Shown: positions 13,651 through 28,992 of the stretch, one piece after another | How positions within the stretch are numbered: the stretch's first letter is position 1 | Layout of the letters: every line of letters begins with the position of its first letter | NCBI RefSeq assembly: GCF_006345805.1 | Contig: NC_043008.1 | Location: 24,924,001 to 24,988,000 of the forward strand | Length of the DNA stretch: 64,000 nucleotides | From: Octopus sinensis | Lineage: Eukaryota | Reading direction: 5' to 3' | The notes under the pieces: model-generated | What the model was told of the DNA's origin: nothing | Database searches by the model: none | The model's input: the letters and a program-made list of their open reading frames with translations, nothing else | Program-made: the position numbers and the translations under genes

Positions 13651-14815
13651 ATTAGAAGTTTACACAAAATAGAATATTTTCTCATTAGTATGTAGTATCA
13701 ACATTTCAAATCTTATTGTGTAGTTTATTTGCACGTATAATAGAAGGCAAGCTACATTCTTGTTTGTATATTTAAAACCAATCTTATGTTTCATACTATT
13801 ATAACATATATAAATCTGTTTCAACTAAGCAGACTACTGCATAATTTAGTAGAATAACAACCGGTAAACTTTGATAATTGTGCACTTCCCGGTGTCTTTG
13901 GCGGAAAAAGTCAAGTGAACTTGCATTATCATCAAATAGTAACCGTGTCGTGGTCTCGACTAACCATAAAATAAAATAAAATAAATTGTAATTAAAAAGC
14001 AATATGTATGTTATGATTAGAATTTTGTGATTTTAATTAGAGTCTCTGCTATTTAACTAAATTTTGTATCTATAAATATTTATTCTTTCACATTTAATCA
14101 TTGACTCTTTTATCGAATTTATGATCTGTTTATATATGAAACAAAAGAAAGTATTAAATAAACGTAATAGAAAAAAAAAAAATTGCAATATCAGTGCTGG
14201 TAGTTAGCCACTAAAACAGGCATGTGATATTACGAGATAACAACTGCACTGAATGGGGTCATGACATATTAAATATATTAATAAAATAGTTCCAGGCTGC
14301 AGCGTAATGCTTTAATTGTTCTTGAGGTAAAGTAATTAAAATTCTCATTAAATTTTATGACATCAATTTTCATCTTTATATTTAGAGGGGAGAAAGAAAA
14401 AGAAATAAATTCGTCGATAAACAAAACAAACAAAACTACAAAATGTCATCTTACGGCAAGGATAGATTACAAAGACATCTGCAGTTATATCAAACATTTA
14501 CATAATGGAATACATAATGAAATACTTTCTCTCTCTCCTACTCTCTCTTCCTCACATACACACAAACATGCATATATTCACAATAGATATACACATATAT
14601 GTATATATTTACAAATAGATACACGCAAACGCACGCACATGCACATATTTATGTTCATAAATGTGCAGGATAATATATATATATATATATATATAATATA
14701 CAGAAGTGTTTATGTATGCATGTGTGTATATGAGTATGTATATATGTGTGTGTGTGTCTGTGTGTATGTATAAACATACGTATACACACACACACACAGA
14801 CACACAGACACACAG

Positions 14816-14878
<63 letters not shown>

Positions 14879-15466
14879 TATAAGAATGCATACGCATATA
14901 TTGGTATATGTGTGTTATTGAACAGATCTGAAAGCCACAACAATAAGATTTTATTGAGCAGTGTGTTATGTGTTCTTTCAAATATTCGCCCAAAAACAGT
15001 CCTTTCAGAAAAATTATGGTGAGACAAAGAAAATGTAATTACAATACAAAATATCACCAGCTTCATTTCTAGGCACAAGACTAAAATGACAATCATCCAT
15101 ATTAAGACAGTACGTAGATATTTTCCACCCCTCATCCGTACAGTCTACAGTAAATTGCTGCTGCGTGTATCGTAAAGAGACACCACAGGGCTTGCAACAA
15201 TAAAAAATAACTGTATCATAGCTTTATTTATGTCGCTAAACATGGATGGCTCCAAAGGTTTATCGGCAGAAAATATCTGCTTGTTCTTTTAATCCGAATA
15301 TTCTCAGTTTGTCCTCAGGAGTGGAATAGGAGCGGTTGATATATGATGTGATCTCTGTGGCGCGTTTTTCAATGACGTCCTTTCTCCTTCATTGTAGCTT
15401 TGGAATATAAACCTCCCACCACAGGAAAATATGAAACATGAAAGAAAAGAAAATAATAAAACTCTG

Positions 15467-15481
15467 CTATATCTATCTATC

Positions 15482-15562
<81 letters not shown>

Positions 15563-15571
15563 CCTACCTAC

Positions 15572-15635
<64 letters not shown>
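15467..15635. repeat. (TATC)n microsatellite
   Basis: Directly visible; source of the IYLS-repeat pseudo-ORFs. Confidence 0.95.
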
Positions 15636-15733
15636 ACATGCACACCTAGATAAATACATACATGCATGCTTACATACATTCATATACATATATATTTATA
15701 TGTGTGTATATTTATGTATATATATATACATAC

Positions 15734-15780
<47 letters not shown>

Positions 15781-15852
15781 TAGTAATGGTATGGCAACAA
15801 AAGAATGAATGTAAACTCTATATTATGTAAATAGAAGAATTTATCTGTAACA

Positions 15853-15920
<68 letters not shown>

Positions 15921-17301
15921 CAAATGTGAAACCACGCTTTCACTTATCTGTAAAAGCTCGTAATCATTCTTCGTCCCTCGATGCCGCTGAAGAAGTCTGT
16001 GATACGAAGATCTGAGATAAAACCCACATAAAATATTTATTCCTCGTGTAATAAAGTGCTGTAACCTAAGATACTATTTGGAAAGTAAAAGTAAATGTGT
16101 TTAATGAACAGATACAAGTAACTCTGCTTAACGTTTATTACAAATATGTATTTCTGTGCTACTTCAATTAGTACTCGCAGGAAATGTAAAACTCCTACGG
16201 TTAGTTTGTAAACTATAAGATGACTGGAGATTAATAAGGAACAAATATAATTCTCATGAAATTGTATTTTATTTCGAACAAGTTAGGAGATTACTTGTTA
16301 CACACTTGTCACTTTTACTACGCTTGCTTATGAAAGGAAACTGAAGACATGATCTATTTATAAAACTTATAATATCATTCTGCTGCAGTAGAACTAGATT
16401 GGTAAAGTTTAGCAAATCTCAGTATGTTGAATTACATCTATATTTTCATATCAGAGAAACGTTCATACGGCTAGACTGAATTCAAGAGGTAATAGTTGCC
16501 CAATTAAGCGGTGCATTCTAAAAGGATATAACAGCGATAAAGGAGCAGACATGGTTATATGCTTCAAAAGTTTACTTCGAAACCAATGAATATAGGTTCA
16601 GTCCCACTGCGTATTGTGTTATGAAAGCAGACATCTACAATTGCTTTGAATTTTTGCTTCTTGATTGAAATTTGGTGAACAAAAACGGTAGCGAAACTCA
16701 ACGCACATATGTGTATGTGCACGTGTGTATGTATGTATGTAGTATGTATGTATGTATGTATGTATGTATGTATGTATGTATGTATGTATGTATGTATGTA
16801 TGTATATGTATGTATATGTATATAGATGTGTGTGTATGAATGTTTATAGTTTGATAAATAGATAAATACAGAGACACATACATCTGAGATTTGGAATTTG
16901 CATATGAGTTTGTGTTTACGTTTCTACAACTTAAAACCTATCATATTGTAGTTGTACAGAATTATAGCGATTCGACAAATATATACTCATCAAAGAAGTA
17001 CCACATTTTAAAATATTCACTGAGTCTAAATTCACTGCAGATTACCATGAAGAAAAGTTCTCCCTTATGGTAAAGTTGTAAAGACATCACTATCAGCTTA
17101 GTGATAGCCTCTCTTGAACACTTAGATGTATTTCTAACACTTATGCCTTCCTCATCAGGGTATATATACCAAAGACAGAGCGCCACATAGTTGATAAAGG
17201 TGTAATTACAGCGAAATTGCCTCAGGAAGTTAAAATAAATTACAAACATGTCTAAAATTTGTTTATTTCCGTCAATGCTACACGATAATATATATATATA
17301 T

Positions 17302-17369
<68 letters not shown>

Positions 17370-18199
17370 GTGTGTGTGTGTGTGTGTGTACGTGTGTGTA
17401 CGTGTGTGTATACACATACACAAAATACACCATACTTAATTCATTAGCATTATGATTGCAAATATTACGTTGTGATATTTATATATTTGCCAATATATTT
17501 GATAGTACTACGTTTCAACTTACTCCCGTTTAACCTTTCCATGTGTGACATGTGAATGCATGCACATGTGCACACATATACAATCATCATTTGATACTTA
17601 CATACATACGCTGGATCTTATCATATTGTCTATAACAGGTACAATTCAAAAACACTTCAGTCAAACATATAGAGAAAAAGTAAATAACATCATGAGATAA
17701 CTATGGCGCGGTGATGTCCCAAACTTTTCTACGTCTTGATATTCATCCATCTGCTCAACCGCTTAGCGTTCAAATTTCCATATAACTTTCAATCTCTTTC
17801 TCTTGCATGTTTATATTAACTCTTGGTCTCTCTCTCACTACTTAACATTCTCTGTTTTAATTTTTCTCCCTCCTCTCTCTCTTAAATATCTAATTCATTC
17901 TCCATTATCGATGACAACATTGCTATTAATGCCTCCGCCACCAACAATCCCATAACATTCATTTGTTTATATCTCTGATTTTTGTTACTTCGTTCGGCTT
18001 AACTCAAATTTTAAGCGGAAATGTAGAATGATATATGTGTGTAAGTGTGTATGTGTGTGTGTGTGTAGCCTTCAATATAAGACATAGCGGTCCGATTGTT
18101 GAACCAAGACCAACTGAACTGATTTTCAATATTACTGTCATCCTGGGGCTTTCTTTTAACATGCCTCTCTTTCTTTTAACATGCCTCTCGGCATGCACA

Positions 18200-20100
18200 C
18201 AGCTTTTTATCTGATGATACACTCAGCTAGTCTCATGACGTCTTCAAAGATGTATTTGAGGCTGTTTCTTGAGGAGATGCTTACTAGGTCATATGATGTT
18301 AACTGCTTCGTATATGTGGACATGATCAAGGGATACACTTCGACACCTAGTGGTTAAAAGATGTTGCGAAAGGATATGATGTGACATTCAAAAGTTATCT
18401 GACTCTAAGGCTCTGTCTTTTGTTTTCGTTTTAGGCAGAGGCATTCTGCATTACTGTTGATATCAAAGGGATTTAAGCTGGTCAGTATTTTTAGGGTTCA
18501 CATTTTAAATGCTCAGATCTCATCATACATCCAATCACGTAGCCCAGATGCTGGTATGAGATTGTCACATTGTCGCTATAAATACATTGAGAGACACTAT
18601 ACTATGGTACACAGAATTCTGAGGTCCATAATTTTCTTATACGGTTGTTATGTTCCTTAAAGGTTTCGTTCTAAGAAATATTTTCATATTACCTTAGATA
18701 TCTATAGAAGTCCCTGTCAGATATCACAAAAAACATTCAGGTCATTGATGGAAATGCTGCCAGTCTGGTTTGCAGTTTTCTCTCGTTTTGCAACCATTAA
18801 ACATTTATCTTTATCAAACTCCATATATTCTTTGTGAATGCTGTAACCAGATTATGGCTTTTTCCCCATATCATGCATATTTGTGACATACATTGTGACA
18901 TCATCGATTACGGACATTTTTTCTTCCTGTGAACTAAGGAGATACCCTTCACATTTCCTCAACATGAAGGACAGGGGGAATTATGAACACAGCATCACAG
19001 AAACATTGTGTTCTCTGCGATACTGTATTTTAACAGTGATAATACGTTCGCTCTTTGTTTTGAACTTTAAGTTTGTGGCGAAGATGAGGTTAGGTAGAAT
19101 ATATCTTTGATTATGTTCTCTGGAACTTTAGAAAATCGAAGGGATTCTACCATCCACATATGGGGGGCGGAATCAAAATATTTTTTATAGTCCAATCACA
19201 TTGAAACCAGTTGCCTCCTATGCTGCCTCACCTCTGACATTACAGTTTGTTGATAACTAACTGAACGGTATATACTCAATCAACCTTCTGCCCAACTGCT
19301 TGTTTTACTGTAATGATATTTTCACAATGGTCTTGGAGAAATAGGTTTAAACAAGATGTATATATTTTACACATTACATTCTTGCATGCAATTGGCCGGT
19401 AGTACTTCGCTATATGCGTGGTTATATTTTGGTGGATCATTTTTGTTTCTGCCAGAGCCAACCAGTATGGTATGCTAATATTGCCAGAGAGCTTGCTGAA
19501 ACAGGTTGATAAGTTACGGTCGGTGGAAGGTCAGATGCTTTGCCCGTATCCAACAATCAACTCTCTTCCTGGCCATTTGCCATCTTGCTGTCTTTGATTT
19601 ACAGTCGCAAGACTATCACTATTGATGCCACATGTCTTAGGTGTAACGCACGTTCAGTAACTTGGATTTGTTCGCTCCAGTTTGTTTTACAGGTGTTTAC
19701 ATCTCGGAAAGTGACTTCTATGATATCGTTTGTCCTCTTCTGTCTCAGTTAACCGCTTACTGGTTTCAGTTAAATTAGCTGTTGTTTTTATTTTAGTAAA
19801 TTTCCTCTGTCCGAGTGGGGAAGTCAGTTTGTGATCGAGATTTCTCTTTTTACTATTTCCGAACATTACTTGTATCTTCACATTTTGTTTGGGAAGCGTA
19901 TAGTAATCTTTTGTTTTCGTACAATAAGTGTCATCACATGACTGATAGTCTTCCATGAACCAACAGTTGATCTTACCTGTCGTCATAACCCATGATGGCA
20001 CTTTTATGTCATTTCGGTTTTGTTTACTTCTCGAATATCCTCCACGTATTTAACAAAGCGTATAAACAGGTGTTAATATGTCAGAATTATGTTTACGTTG
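18200..20100 (-). mobile_element. R4/Dong-clade non-LTR retrotransposon, decayed RT region
   Basis: Minus strand *LDYKKYFDSAPHMWMVESL (~19140-19198; cf. WIDYKKAYDSVPHSW), KIQYRR..., IDDVTMY, and MEFDKDKC (cf. M.FGLDKC). Confidence 0.65.
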
Positions 20101-20141
20101 TATTGTTGCTATTCTTCTTCAATTTCCCAAATTGCTCTGAA

Positions 20142-22089
20142 CCTTCCGGTAGTACAGTTCTGTATTTTTCATGGTTAGTACGGTGGGGTACGGAGAACCC
20201 CACTCATAGTTTTAGTTACTTTTAGCACTTTTTATAACTTTATATGTGCTCTTATGTATATTACCAAAATACATATTCTTATATTTATTTAACGTTAACA
20301 ACAAAACCAAACGAGTACTCTTTGAAAATGAAGATCAAACAAAAAAGTTTTTTTAAGGGGAAGAATACCCCTTTCATATTTACTGTTTACTCATTGTTTG
20401 CACTATCATCCGCATCACTCAGAGCAAAACAGTCAATGCAAATGCACTTAGCATGTTCCAAGCAGATGGGCTTGTAGCACTTCTTGCAGCAATTTCTTGT
20501 CTTACGATCTTTAGACCTGGGGCACAATGAATATTTTCGGAATCTTCACGATAATGTTTTGGAAGTAATTCCTTAGAGGCTGAGAAATGTTGAATCATCC
20601 TTTTCAAGTCTTTCCTAAAATATGGGTTTGTCTTGCGATACTGGAAATGGTTCTCCACTAACTTGAGTCTCAATTCCCTCAGAAACTTTCGGCGCCTGAT
20701 AGTTATTTGAGAGTTTGTCAAGAATATATTGCATGCATTTATTCCTGCAGCATTGAGTATGGTATAGAAAACTGCAACTGGCCAACGTCGAGTATTTCTG
20801 AAAGCATTGTAGATGGAACACAGCTGATCCACGGTGTCTATCCCTCCTTTGGTACTGTTGTAGAAAGTGATATGAGATACGAAACGTTTTACCACTGTTT
20901 CTCCTGAGTTATCTACTATAGAAAGCCCTTCTGGTTGTTTCCCCAAATAAATTTTCAAACGTCACTCATAGAACGGTTTAACATCTGCAGATATTTTATG
21001 CCATATTTTGATGGTTTACTTGGCATGTAGGCCCTGAATGGACATTTCCCTCTATAGGCAGCCAACATTTCATTTACTGTCATATACTCTGAGACATTAT
21101 AACTGGAGATACAATTATCAACAAATTTCTCAAAGAACTTTCTAAAAGATGGAAACCTATCTTCTAGTCTCCTTTCAGCCTGGGTGTGGATATCATCAAA
21201 CCTCATAGACATAAGCAGGAAATGAAAACGCTACAAAGGCATAGTTGCGGGGAAAAGTTCAACTCCTGTACCATCAGTTGCCCAAACATCTTCCATATTC
21301 ATTCTGTTAGCTCTAAGAACTCCTAATAGATAAAGCAGTACTAATGCAGCTTTCATCTTCCTTTCATTAGTATGTCTCACTTTTGATTTATATTTATATT
21401 TTCCTTGTTTATTGTCAATGTAGATATTAGTGCAACCTACTAATACATTCAGAAGTTCTTTGTTTGAGAAACAAAGACCAGCAGTCTTTTTCAGCATACA
21501 CATGTTTTGCTGTTCCTCTTGGCCCAGGTAAATCCTGGTATATATTGTGTGCCGTAGAAGACATGGGGGAACTTCTTTCCAGCGAGTTTTATTATTTTTG
21601 CCTATAATCTATTTTTCTAAGTTCCTGGTAGACCGCTGTTCATCTTCATCGTTAGCTTCATCTGTTTCTTCTACAGTATCATCTGGTGAAGTCTGCAACT
21701 TGCCATCTGCTTCATTTCCCTCCTCTTCATCTGTCATTTCTTCTTCATCTGTTGTTTCTTCATGAGCTATACTCTTTTCTTCCTCTTCAGATTCCTCGTC
21801 ATCTGATTCTTCATCAAGATATGATCCCGATTTTTCTATGCCTAATTCTCTCAAAACCATTAATCTCAATTTGTCCATTTTTCTTTCGTAGTCCGTTGTG
21901 AATCTGAAAGAAAAGACATGTGTACATTTCTCATCACTCAGCAAGTAATTGAGTGGAGTTGTGCATTAACTCAGTGGAGTGTGCCAAGAAATTACATGGA
22001 TGGAAAGCAGTATCACAGCTGCCAGATGTAATATAGACATATACAAACATCACCTGGGGTATGAGATACCTCACCACACTATCGGAGGA
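20142..22089 (-). mobile_element. piggyBac transposon, internally deleted and frameshifted
   Basis: Transposase motifs VNEMLAAYRGKCPFRAYMPSKPSKYGIK and YNSTKGGIDTVDQL...RRWP, a Cys-rich C-terminus and an acidic N-terminus. Terminal inverted repeats CCTTCCGGTAGT / ACTATCGGAGGA plus subterminal GGGGTA..CCCCA repeats. Flanked by TGAA (20138-20141) and TTAA (22090-22093). The central catalytic segment is missing. Confidence 0.85.
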
Positions 22090-22149
22090 TTAATACTATT
22101 TCTATTGGTCTTTTGTTTACTTCGGTAGAGAACACTCTTTCAAAGAAAC

Positions 22150-22650
22150 AGTATTTTCTTACAAAATATTTTCTAAAAGAATTCCACTACATAAATGGCT
22201 TTCTTTTGACAATTTTTCTTAAGCGTATATTTCAACGGTACATATTGCTGATTACCGCTGCAATGAGCATTAAAATTGTGCTTGCTAGTAATCGTTGTAG
22301 TTATAGTTGTCTTCACTTGTAATGTAGATTGGCTGACAGGTGAAATACTCTCCGTAGTAATATCGTTATCAGTGAAACCACACAGTATTCTAGATAAATC
22401 AGTTTTTACATTTTCGTCTGCGCTGTGTTGAAGAAAATTAATTCCATCTTTTCTTTTTATCAGTCGCATTCATTAATTTTCTTCCTGTACTGAACAAATG
22501 TTGCTTGTAATTGTTTTACCGCAAAATACTTTACGTCCGGGCACAGATTGTCCCAGTATGTTGCTTGATCTATTTATACACTCATTATAATAGTTTTGCT
22601 TTGCACTTTTACAGCAATTAAGTGAATTATTACTGAGTTCTCAACTGTAC
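22150..22650 (-). mobile_element. Possible pogo/Tigger transposase relic
   Basis: MRLIKRKDGINF...ADE....LSRILCGFTDNDI resembles the CENP-B-type HTH/linker (W..FK.R.GI...SAD...Y...DI). Confidence 0.35.
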
Positions 22651-22959
22651 GAGAATGCAGTGCAGCTAAAGATAATCTCTTTACCTTTTACGCTGTTGTT
22701 TTCTAAAATAAGTAAATATAATCATGTATTGCTTCTAGCTAATATCTGGAAAAATTCGCTGAACAAACGTTAAATAATTGAATATTTTCGCACTCAGTTA
22801 TACCGTTTTCAAAAAAACAAAACAAAAAATTAAACACGTTGTTCATTTACTAACCTCCTCATATTCGAGAGAGTAACGAAATGTAAAATAACCAGCTTCG
22901 TAGAGATTAATAACCTTACCCTTACATTTTTCAATAGAAGGACCCTATTAGGCATGTTA

Positions 22960-23971
22960 ATGATCTGATGATGAATATTCTCTCGAGGAATTTCTTGCTA
23001 AGTTTCATGCAGTAATCTCCGAAGATCAGGTTTTGAAGATGCATTCTTGTTCGTTTTATGAAGAGTCCTGTCCATTATGCTCCAGATGTGTTCAATAGGG
23101 ATCATATCTGGTGACTGGCTTAGCCATTCTCATCCAACAAATCTTGGGTCATTTTAGCCGTGTGACAAGGAGCCACTTATTCCATAAATAAAGAATCTTC
23201 TTTAATCATTTCATCATTAGAGAAGATTGAAAGGAGTCCTTTCTGCAATAGGACATATATTTGTCTGAGTTTTTGTTTCCATCACTCTCACCAGCTCTGA
23301 TTGACCATTGTTCCAAATTGCTCTCCAGTCCATCACAGAATAGATGCCATGTTTTATTGTTGGTCGCAATCTTTCCAGATCACAGAGCATCCAGACTCAC
23401 ACTCGATCACTGTCAGAAAATACAGCAAATCTGGACTCAGTGGAGAATATGACAGTGTCCTAAAAAGCTAGTGGCCTAGCCCCTATCTCATTGGCGTAAT
23501 CTTTTCTCCTCTTGATATTGGTTGTTCAAAAAAGTGACTTCCTTCTTGCTGACAGCTGTTCTGGGACTGACATCAACGTGTTCTGCTATGTCAGAGGCCT
23601 TGCAACGAGGATTATTCTCCACACTTCTCTTAACAAAAGGGAAGGGTCCTGTCAGAGAGCCTTGGACAACCTGGACGAAGTGATGTAGACTCCTTTCCCT
23701 TTCTGATGAATTGCACAATCACTATATGAACTGTAGAAAGTGAGACCCCAAGCTTTTCTGCGATACGTCAACCTTCAGATTGACACACAATATATCCTCT
23801 TTGACATCCAGACTGTTCCAAGACTTATTTTGTACATGCCATGATTAAACAGTCACATATAGAACCTGAAACACAAAAATGCCAATTAACAGAAATTATA
23901 AACCTTCACAAGTTAGAATATACATAAAACGGTGTTTTATGAGGTGTCTATTTACTTATGTCATGTCTGTA
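22960..23971 (-). mobile_element. Tc1-family DD34E transposon, decayed, one end retained
   Basis: Minus strand FSTESRF (cf. FSDESKF), APCHTAK, and EWLSQSPDMIPIEHIWS (cf. WPSQSPDLNPIE.W). The terminus TA-CAGACATGACATAAGTAAATAGACACC lies at 23943-23971. Confidence 0.8.
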
Positions 23972-25738
23972 TATACATATACGTGTGTGTGTGTGTGTGT
24001 GTGTGTGTTTGTGTGTGTGTACATACATATTTAGGAGAAGGTATTCCACAGAACAGTTTTCATCTACTACATTTACTCACGGAGCATTTGTTAGTCCGGC
24101 ATTATAGTAGATGACATTTGCCATAGTATAACCTTTAGGGATTAATGAAAGAAAATAAATTCTGCCTTACTTCGGTTTGTGTAGTCTATGCAAATGGTGG
24201 TAGAGTCTCAAATATTCATGATATTAAGAGGAAGTTAGTGAGGTGAATTTTGTGAGAGCGAATCTGTTCGTTTATCCAACATCATTGTGTGGAACCATTA
24301 ATCTTAGGACTTTAATAGATGGAATGCTTTGTACATTGTGATGCATCAGGACATTTACATTGTACTCGTTGTTGTTTAGTACTTCTACTGTGGGTAGATA
24401 GAGCAATGTAGTGATAGTAGATATTGATATTGTGTTATAGCGAGACTGCTTCTCTGAATAACTATGATAAATCTAACGCACACATACCCGCACGCATACA
24501 TACAAGCATAGATAGATGTGTGTATATGCGTGTGTAGCTATACGCATATAATAGTTTAGAGAGACAGACAGATATAAAGCATGTATGCAAATATGTATAT
24601 ATGTAAGCATGCTTAGATACACACAGTAAATGCTGTAAATATCTATTGGCGCGTCTTGAACCGCTTTTCTATCACTAGCTGCGTGTACCACAGAGCATTA
24701 GATTCATTTTTTTATCAATTAAATTAGTAATAAATAGCATTAACGTATAACCTATGCCCTGTCCTCCTCTTCTCTGATAAAAGGTAGAGCGGACGCCTGA
24801 TTTGAATCTTGTCAGTGTATCTGTTGTTCTTTGTCGATCTGAAATTCGAAGGCATGATATTTCCATATTGTCTGTATGTGTTTAAATATGTGTATACGCG
24901 TGTGTGTACGTGAGTGTACACGAATGACAAGTAAATAGATAATTAAATTAATAAATGGGAACGATCAATAACAGGTTTTAATTCGTTATTGCTAAATATG
25001 TCAATGGGACATTCGACAATAATGAATACTAAAAGCCGGTGCAAACGAGAATAATCAAACACAATGAACTAAATACGTTTCAGAACTATTCAATATATTC
25101 TATTTCATTGACACTGTATATGCACCAAATAGAACAGATATAAAAAGCGGACCTAGAATGACATTAGTCAATGTCTTGTCTAGAAAATACCAATGATGTT
25201 CGGTTCGTTAATACATTCCCTTGAAACGTCGCTTTTCTGGAAACTTTTAAACTTTCTTTTTGATGTGCATAGCTGGTTCACTGCACATTCCCCAACTAAT
25301 CTTATCTCCTGCCTCAGCACTTTTTCACTAAGCTTTCACTTCATCAAAACAGAAGAGAAAACTGTTGTTAAGAAAAGTAATAATCGTTTATGACCTCAAA
25401 TGTCTAGAGAGTTCTACGTCATTCGGACAAGGACAATTTCGCCTATAAAATTCTACTCAATCAAATCAAGTCTCACACATACAACAACAGTCCTACGAAC
25501 GCATAAATACACGAGTACTGATCACTCTACTACAGCAAACATAGGTGCGTATGTAAGTATGTTTGTGTGTAGTATATGTGTATATGTGCGTATATACATT
25601 CATATATATATATATATATATATACGTTTGTATATACATATGCATGTCTATATATCTATCTGTCTGTTTGGCACTGTTTATCTATCTACTTATATATCTA
25701 TCTATTTGTATACGAATCCATATATCATATATACTCTA

Positions 25739-25790
<52 letters not shown>

Positions 25791-25971
25791 ACATTACATA
25801 TATTGATACATATATAATGAAAATGCAATTATAAACCAATGCAGTGCCAATTGATCTCACATTTTCTTTTCAGTTCACATATAAATTTACATATATATAC
25901 ATATATCATTCATACACACACACACATATATAGGTATAAATATGTGTGCGTATGTATGCGTGCTTGTGTGT

Positions 25972-26009
<38 letters not shown>

Positions 26010-27429
26010 GCAGACTATCATTTCTGCATTTGTATGTATATTTCTATTCTAATTATGTGTGTAAGTATTTGTGTGTGTGTTTATATTTTGTATTTGTATT
26101 TTGTATGTGCTTAAACATTAAATATTTACACTCAATACGCTAAACTCTCTTAATTTTAATTAGTTGGTGTCTACTGTTAATGACATTAGTTACGTAGTTG
26201 CAAGCAGTAACCCGTTTTCTCTCATTTCGTTATTTACCTTCAATTCATTTTCTAGTTTTATTAGGTAATAACTTCTTTCAGCCTATTTAACAATCTTTAG
26301 AGTTTGAATCTTCAATCTTTAATAGTAGCAACACCATGAATAAAGCTACATGGATAGGTTTTGAACCAGGATGAAATTTGGATGCAGCAGAACTGACAGA
26401 CATTAACGTCTCGCCACAACATACTAGAAATGCCATAAGGCAAATCTCGTTTAGGCAAAGCTTGCTGGACAGTTTCAAATCCCTATCTGACCAGGCTCGT
26501 TTCTACAGAGTCCTAAATTCGATTGATATCTTTTCAATCTACAAGTTAATTTCGGATTCTAAGGATTTATTTCTAGAGAAAGAGCTAAAACACACAAAAC
26601 ATTACTAATTAAGCTTGTCTTGTTTGGAAATTATATTTGTTTCGATATAGGTTTTCTTGGAACTGTCGCAATTACCATCTTAGTTTAAATTTATTTAATC
26701 TTTTTCTTAACTTAGTGTTTATTGACAATAAGAACGCAAACATTGCAAAATTGGAAAGAGAGAATTTCCAGGTCATACATAGAAGCATTAATTATTGTAG
26801 CAGCTACAATTTCAGTCAAAATGCCTAAAATTAATAATACATTGGAAATGAAAGAAAATGTGTGTGTGTGTTTGTGTGTGTGTACAAGATGATTAAAATA
26901 AAGATGGAAAGTTATACATCAACACAGTTTTTATATTTGCTGTCGTTTATATAGCATGTTCTCCTTAAACCTCTATCCGACATATGGTTATGTATTGGAA
27001 CTTTTGTATGAATTTTCTTGCACTTTGTTCTCTTTATTCTAACCCTACTCTTTATAACCCTGCCTATACCTGCACACACATGTTCACCACACAGACGAAC
27101 GTTCGCATATATACGTTAAAATGAGAGCAGGGTGAAATACAAACACACACACATATTGCGTGAGTGATGATATTGGTGCTGTATTGAACCAGTGAAATTA
27201 AACCAATGATATTGAACCAGTGCGTATGCTTATTATTATTGACATAATGAATCCACCCAAGACAAAACAACATACATACGTAAATTTGTATTTGTATGCA
27301 AATATAAACCTTTACACACAGTAGTGGTAGAAGTAGTAGTAGTAGCAGCAGCAGCAGTAGTAGTAGTAGTAAAAATTATAATTCTTGGATGGAATTTATA
27401 AATATTTTCATACATCGCTATATGCATAT

Positions 27430-27990
27430 CCACAAGTCACATGTTTCTTGGTTCGGGAGCCAAGACGCTATTAGTGATAATAGGTATATTCCTATTATAT
27501 CCGTCACTTGCACCGACTCGCCAGAACCCATTGCTATTTCGAATGAATCTTCACTATCTAACCGGGTTCGAAGTTTACCTCCGTGTTATATTATAGTGCT
27601 TTTAGCCGCTAAAATCACATCTATTTCTTCTCTACTGAGGTCGGAGTTGCTTCTTGTGAATGATAATTCTTTGTTTAGTACAAGTGGGTTTATGAACTGG
27701 TAGTAGTTCGATATATCTAGATGCACAAATTTGATCATGTTTTTGTTCCCCAGGCTTTTAAACCATGTGATTACTTCGGTGGTGTTAGATCACAATTTGA
27801 GTTTGGTTACACATTTTACTTTTGGTATTATCTTATCTATTATTGCTTTTCTAATTCTACTTGTATCAGATTTAGATGAGCATATTAGTTTTATCCTGGA
27901 GGTTTTCTTTATAGTTTTTTAGACTTACTCTGGGTATCATAGGTTTATAAGGTTTTGTATGACTAATTATACCACCAAAAGTAATTAAAA
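27430..27990 (-). mobile_element. Penelope-like element RT fragment
   Basis: KLICSSKSDTSRIRKAIIDKIIPKV...LKL*SNTTEVITWFKSLGNKNMIKFVHLDISNYYQFINPLVLNKEL (cf. W.NT..VI.WF...NK....F..FDI..FYPSI). Confidence 0.65.
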
Positions 27991-28371
27991 TGTAATTTAA
28001 AATAAATATCATTTGTCAAATTAGGTAATGAACTCCAGCAACTAAATTGCTGTACCTGCTGACCCGACTACTTCTGATTTATAACTACCATTTCTTCCTC
28101 TCTTACCATCACCTTCTACCCCTCCCCACCTAATAGACACATAGCTCAATCAATTTTTCCATTGGTTAAAACAACCCACGGATGCACATACGTTAATGCT
28201 ATATAGCCCGAAGAAATGACTGCATGGCCATTATCTACCCCATATCCATCGATACTAAGGACTGCTCTGTAATCATCCCAGGAATACGGACTATGATCTT
28301 AAGAAGGATGTGATTTGTGAAAACGCATATAGCGATGCATTAGGATATTTTACAAATTCCATCCAAGGATC

Positions 28372-28419
28372 ATTATTATTATTATCATCATCATCATTAT
28401 CATCATCAACATCATCATC

Positions 28420-28470
<51 letters not shown>

Positions 28471-28475
28471 GTTAC

Positions 28476-28513
<38 letters not shown>

Positions 28514-28538
28514 TATTATTATTATTACTATTATTATT
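28372..28538. repeat. (TTA)n/(TCA)n microsatellite
   Basis: Directly visible trinucleotide run; source of the poly-L/poly-Y ORF. Confidence 0.95.
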
Positions 28539-28674
28539 CCAATTATATCGGCAAAAATCGGTGTGAGCCCCAAAATCTGGTTATCGCTAGTTGACATCAT
28601 TACGGTGTAGCTGGCATATTAGAATAAGAGATTTTATATCCATATTCAAAACGTTTCCCGCAGACGAACTCACA

Positions 28675-28733
<59 letters not shown>

Positions 28734-28786
28734 CATATATATATATATATATCTGACTTTGCATGCATGTACACATGTATCTGTAC

Positions 28787-28960
28787 AGGCACAGGCTTGG
28801 CTGTGTGGAAAGTAGAAGCTTCCTTTCCAATCACATAATTCCGGGTTCAGTCCCACTGTGTGGCACCTTGGACAAGTGGCTTCTAATATAGCCTCGGGCC
28901 GAACAAAGTTTGTACGTGAATTTGGTTGACAGAAACTGAAAGGAGCCCGCCGCATATATG

Positions 28961-28992
<32 letters not shown>

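Noticed and set aside
17090-17175. CTGATGA on the minus strand near hairpins
   Set aside because: No correctly placed stem II, GAAA and stem I partners.
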